64,000 nt of DNA from Octopus vulgaris (taxonomy: Eukaryota), in the NCBI GenBank assembly GCA_951406725.2, contig OX597832.1:31124001-31188000 (forward strand), written 5' to 3'. The notes under the pieces are model-generated. The model was not told where the DNA came from. It did not search any database and worked only from the letters and a program-made list of their open reading frames with translations. A program made the translations under genes and the position numbers. Below are positions 58,774-64,000 of this stretch, in pieces (position 1 is the stretch's first letter; each line of letters opens with the position of its first letter).

Positions 58774-59055
58774 CTAATAACGAAGTATTCGGTGTTCTAC
58801 TAAGGCATCCTTGTTAAGTTTGGTATAAAGATTATATTTTGGCATTATTACTGCTTCCGTTGCTAGTAATTAATTTTTAATGAAGCCGACTGGCTATTTG
58901 CGATATCAGAGTCTGGACAAGACGATGAAATTGCATATATCGTAGCAGTGACATCTGACTGACATGCGGTGAACGGACGCCTTCCACTGATGATTCACGG
59001 TGGACTGAAATCACGTGATATTGACTGACGATTCTCGTCTGCTGCGATTTATGTT
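58774..59055 (+). mobile_element. Hammerhead-containing retrozyme-like repeat, copy 2 (HHR 58983-59024)
   Basis: UCCA-CUGAUGA-UUCAC g GUGGA-cu-GAAA-UCACGUGA-UA-UUGA, with palindrome AUCACGUGAU. Confidence 0.65.
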
Positions 59056-59124
59056 AAAGTTTTTTTTTGTATCAAGCTCCTAAATGGGAGAATCGCTGAA
59101 GGCTAATAATGCAGCATTTGGTTT

Positions 59125-59225
<101 letters not shown>

Positions 59226-59259
59226 GAAGAAAAAGAAGAAGAAGTCAATAGAAACGGAT

Positions 59260-59940
59260 TTGATTGTCGGATGCTAGTACAAAAACAGTGAACTTTTATT
59301 GATGGTATCTTAATGACCTTTACCAGAAAGCTCTCAGTGGAGATATAAAACATACCAAGATGGTTAGTGCTGGCAGAAGCAAAAAACAGTGACTGATGTT
59401 CAAAAATAATGCAACTCACTTGACATAAAACTGCCGGCCAATTCCATGCCAGAATTTCGTGTATATAGTTTTAAACAGCCTTTCTTTATCAATATCTCCA
59501 GAACATTCTGGTAGTAATAATATCATAGTTGAACATCCCGTCGGGAAGAAAAAAATTAGGGATGTTTGAAGAACTCTGTAATGTCAGAGGTGTGGAGTAT
59601 AGGAGGAATTTGGTTGTAGTTTGGTTGGATTACAAGAAAGTATTTGACGTTGTTTCTTATTCGCAGTTGCCAGAACCCTTTGGCGAGCTAAAGTTCCCGA
59701 CACCATTATGAAGGCCAAATACGAAACCTGACTCAGTCTTGCAGTTAAAAACAAGAACGGCTTCCAATGGTCTCTGATATGATACGGTATTGCAGAAGTG
59801 TATTTCAAGGGGACATTCACTGCGGGGATGCTGCTTATTCGTCCAGTAAAGCCCTCTGTCCTTTTTATTGCAACATAAAATGTTACTTCTTTCTGGATGA
59901 TCTGAAAATATATGACTAGAATATGGACATAAGGATGGCG
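59260..59940 (+). pseudogene. Degenerate R4/Dong-type RT fragment
   Basis: RNLVVVWLDYKKVFDVV, frameshifted FQGD and LLLFLDDLKIY. Confidence 0.7.
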
Positions 59941-60059
59941 TTTCGTATATATAAATTTAAATTTTAATAATAAGGGTGAAAAATTGAATATTATTTGATT
60001 AATATCAATTTAAAACCAGTGGCCTACCATATTAAAAAATTTGAAGATTCAAATAAAAT

Positions 60060-60273
60060 TATATTACCTACATATAAGAGGGATGACCACTAGGTGGAGA
60101 TCCAATATGCTACAAGTAGACACCATATATTTGCATCTTTTCATTTCTCATGCCCGCTTACGCTCTGGCGTCTGCTGAATTTTCTTGAGAACAATCTTTT
60201 CTTAGTGGTCAGACCATATGGAGTCTACCTGTAGCATAATGCATGTCCACTTAGTGGTCATCCTTCTTATGTG

Positions 60274-60280
<7 letters not shown>
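60060..60280. repeat. Imperfect inverted repeat next to (TA)n
   Basis: 60061-60128 is the inverse of ~60214-60280. No HHR seen. Confidence 0.6.
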
Positions 60281-60337
<57 letters not shown>

Positions 60338-60739
60338 CAATTTGTGTTGCAAGATTCCTGATGTGAAATCGTGTGTCGAAACTGATATTGTTGTATTTCG
60401 GGATGGTCATTTTTTTTTGCCAAATAAACACACACGCACTATATATTCTATATATTTTCTCTCCACTCGTTTATTACTATTCTTATTTTATTATGTTAAC
60501 TCATGTCCAGAGCTTCGTGAGACCACTGCAGAGACGCTTCCGGAAAAAAAATTCAGTAACCGTTGGAAAACCGATTATAGCAGTGACTCGATCAATTCCT
60601 AGCGATATCTGAAGAAGGAATTTTTGTATTCCGAAATATTATTATTATTATATCAGACTATGAACAATTAAATTATAACAGTTATAATATTGCACTCTGC
60701 ATTGTTGTGTCATTCAAGACACGTTATATTTTAGGGAGA

Positions 60740-61725
60740 TTGTAAGATTTAAACGATGAAATGGGTCCTTAATCCACAGGCTGTAAGATGGTGATCCATA
60801 AGCTGAAGATGTTGCATTGGGAGGTAAAAAAAACAACATTAATATTTTGATGGTAATGCTTTAAAAATGCGGCATGACTGGAGGCATTATCCATTATCAA
60901 AAGAATCTTGAAAGGAATTTTTTTTATCCTTACAATACTTTTCTACTTCGGGAACAAAGTGATTAGAAAAACCAATTTTCAAACAAGAGTTCCTGTCTCC
61001 TAAGCATTTTGGTCATGCTTCCAGGTTACAGCAAGTTTCGTCTTATCAATTCCTTTTAAAGCGCGGGGGTTTTCAGATCGATAAATAAGCATGGGCTTGA
61101 GTGTGCAGTCCTCTTCACAGGTTCTTCTCCGCAGCAATGTTATCCTATCTTTTGAAGCTTTGAATCCCGGCATTGAAGTTTCTTCTCTCGCAATAAAAGT
61201 CTTCGAAGGTATTCGTTTCCAAAATGGCCGTCTCATCCACATTAAATGTTTGAGACCATATAAAACCTTCTTCTCCAATCAAATCTTCTAATTGGCGAGG
61301 AACAGTTTCTGCAGTTTTTTGATCTGAGCCAGACGGTTCTCCTTGGGTCTCCCCATTGTGTAGATTTGTTCGTATTTTTGAAACGATCGAGACAATACAA
61401 ATGTTTCGTTTGATCCATCTGATTTACCCTTAAGCGAATTAAAAAAAGAAATTGCTTTACTGCAAATTATAGCCTGACAAAGTGGCATCTGAAGATTATG
61501 AATTTAATCGATAATCCAAGCTGTGAAAAGTTTTTCTGTGCGTGAAATTAAACTTTTATTATCTTTTCTTCATAATCAAGTTGAACTTAGAGAGTGACTT
61601 CCTTTAACTTTATTGAAATGATCTTCCTTTTTGCTTCACGATGGTACAAACAGATGACGAAGCCATATCATTTTTCTTTTTTGATAAATCTTTAACAGTT
61701 GTACCTTTTTCGCGTTATTTAATCA
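60740..61725 (-). pseudogene. Tigger/pogo DNA-transposon transposase relic
   Basis: FWKRIPSKTFIAREETSMPGFKASKDRITLL, KPMLIYRSENPRALKG, FKILLIMDNASSH, FLPPNAT and LQPVD, with frameshifts and stops. Confidence 0.9.
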
Positions 61726-61825
61726 NNNNNNNNNNNNNNNNNNNNNNNNNNNNNNNNNNNNNNNNNNNNNNNNNNNNNNNNNNNNNNNNNNNNNNNNNNN
61801 NNNNNNNNNNNNNNNNNNNNNNNNN
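61726..61825. other. Assembly gap (100 N)
   Basis: Run of n. Confidence 1.
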
Positions 61826-61898
61826 CTTCGTGAGAGCACTTTTCTAATGGCTGACAAGGGATACAGGCTCCCTCATTACGACAAGCGAGAGGGAGTAT

Positions 61899-62650
61899 TA
61901 TGTATGTATGCATGTATGCATGCGTGTGTATGTATGTATGTATGTGTATGTATGTATGTATGTATGTATGTATGTATGTGTGTATATATGTATGTATGTA
62001 TGCATGTATGTATGTGTGTATGTATGTATGTATGTGTGTATGTGTGTATGTATGTATGTATGTATGTATGTGTGTATGTGTGTATGTGTGTATGTATGTA
62101 TGTATGTATGTATGTGTGTATGTATGTATGTATGTATGCATGCATGTGTATGTATGTATGTATGTGTATGTATGTATGTATGTATGTATGTATGTATGTA
62201 TGTGTGTGTGTGTATGTATGTGTGTATGTATGTATGTATGTATGTATGTATGTATGTATGTATGTATGTATGTATGTATGTATGTATGTATGTATGTATG
62301 TATGCATGCATGTATGTATGTATGTATGTATGCATGTATGTATGTGTGTGTATATATGTATGTATGTATGCATGTATGTATGTGTGTATGTGTGTATGTG
62401 TGTATGTGTGTATGTATGTGTGTATGTATGTGTGTATGTGTGTATGTGTGTATGTGTGTATGTATGTATGTATGTATGTATGTATGTATGTGTGTATGTA
62501 TGTATGTATGTATGTGTATGTATGTGTATGTATGTTTGTTTGTATGTATGTATGTTTGTTTGTATGTATGTATGTATGTATGTATGTATGTATGTATGTG
62601 TGTATGTATGTATGTATGTATGTATGCTTATATGTGTGTATATGCATGTG
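61899..62650. repeat. (TATG)n array; complementary (TACA)n arrays at ~39365-39830 and ~46155-46625
   Basis: Direct inspection. Confidence 0.95.
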
Positions 62651-63319
62651 TGTTGGGGAGTCTCAATAAATAAATGATTTGTTAATAATCACAAGTCTTG
62701 CGAGTAAACCAAGTAATTTCATTTGAGAGACTTCGGGACGATTATGTTGCTAGGCAACCGAGTGTTATACAGAAAGGAGCTCGCGTATGCGTGTGTGTGT
62801 GGGTGGTGGGTGGAGGTTTGACTCGAGAAAATATCCCGGATGTAGAGATATTTAAACAATAGCGACGGTAGGCAAAGACATGGACGGAAGCGAGTGTATG
62901 TTTTCAGGCCACTTGGGTGGATGGTCTTTGATACTCGGACATTACGACATTGTTTCGTCCTGTCTCATGTTTTGGACACTTTCGATATTTGTCACGAAGT
63001 CACACCGACATTCTGGCAAAACAATAAGCTTTACAGACACACGAAATCTTGTTACTAAGGTTATTGTTGTCAAAGATACATATATATATACATATATATA
63101 AATGAATAAATAGATAAACAAGGCGGATGTCTCTTTTGTTCTCGGGTTTTGTTTTGTTTCTTCTTTGGATGTAAAATAATTCTGTCGTGTGTCTCTGTTT
63201 TTAATCTTGGGCTGAACTCTGGCGATTTTGGGACCAACGAAAGAACTTCCTAATCCTCTCCTCTTTTATGCAATCCTTATTCTACCCAATATTTTTGTCA
63301 ACCCTTTGTGGATGGCAAA

Positions 63320-63359
<40 letters not shown>

Positions 63360-64000
63360 TAAAGCAGCGAGCTGGCAGAATCGTTAGTGCGCCGGGCAAA
63401 TTGCTTAGCGGCATTTCGTCAGTCCTTACGCTCTGAGTTCAAATTCCACCAAGGTCAACTTTGCCCTTCATCCTTTCGGGATCCAGTTTTTCTCAATTGT
63501 TCAATTTCTTTGGTATCCAGTCTTTTATCATATTGCAAAGTTTATGACATTTCATTGGTTTTTGTTTGTCTTCTCCAATCAAAACTGGTATTTTTGCTTC
63601 ATTAATATGGTCAGTCTTCATGGAAAATTCTTCTGTTCTTCTAATTCTCTATTATATCACATTTTAAACTGTTTCCTGCGATTTTTTTTTTTGCTGAATC
63701 GCCGAGTCCACTTCCATATCTTTGAGGAATACATAGCGTTTTTAGTTGGTTTCTTTTCTTTTCAAACCAGCCAGACCGTTTTTTTTTTGCTTCTCATAAC
63801 GATTTTCCTATTCTAGGGATAATATTTTTTCCAACACCATCGAACTTTCTTATTTGGAATTAACTTATTGCGTATTTCTTGCATCTAACTTTTTCACACA
63901 GAGAATAAAACTGAGTTCAGTTCATCTTACAAAATTGACAAAATTCAATCTCAGCTGATTTCTATGGAGTCTTGTGGAAATTCCCCTTTGACAGAATTGC

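Noticed and set aside
60356-60400. CTGATGT...GAAAC hammerhead-like string
   Set aside because: Core mismatch, with no credible stem III/UH placement.
63480-64000. Coding region at the window end
   Set aside because: Multiple stops; possibly a decayed LINE, but no diagnostic motif.

Overview
Eukaryotic, AT-rich and microsatellite-saturated DNA. The repeat landscape resembles an Octopus (coleoid cephalopod) genome; this is inference from SINE and simple-repeat content. Nearly all ORFs in the supplied track are translations of simple repeats. The only recognisable host gene is the 3' end of METTL4 (MT-A70 methyltransferase): exon 662-753 and a terminal exon at 27311-27400, missed by the ORF track, separated by a ~26.6 kb intron. 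The rest is transposon debris: a 5'-truncated Neptune-type Penelope-like element (PLE; RT + GIY-YIG), R4/Dong, RTE and CR1/Jockey LINE fragments, a Tigger transposase relic, a Helentron/DINE-like element, an LTR end with a tRNA-Trp primer-binding site (PBS), and four SINE families. The strongest hidden signal is about 15-20 minimal type I hammerhead ribozyme (HHR) motifs, intact or degenerate, from many families. They have family-specific palindromic stem III sequences, include non-canonical cores (G3:C8, U3:A8, U4C, A6U/G), and often lie in fold-back elements inside (TA)n tracts. One family occurs as two circularly permuted copies implying a ~345-nt retrozyme-like unit. Other features are a modular CRE+CCAAT array with a TATA box in the PLE 3' region and a 1.6 kb tandem duplication of a CpG-rich promoter-like segment. 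Everything was read by eye, and repeat boundaries are approximate.
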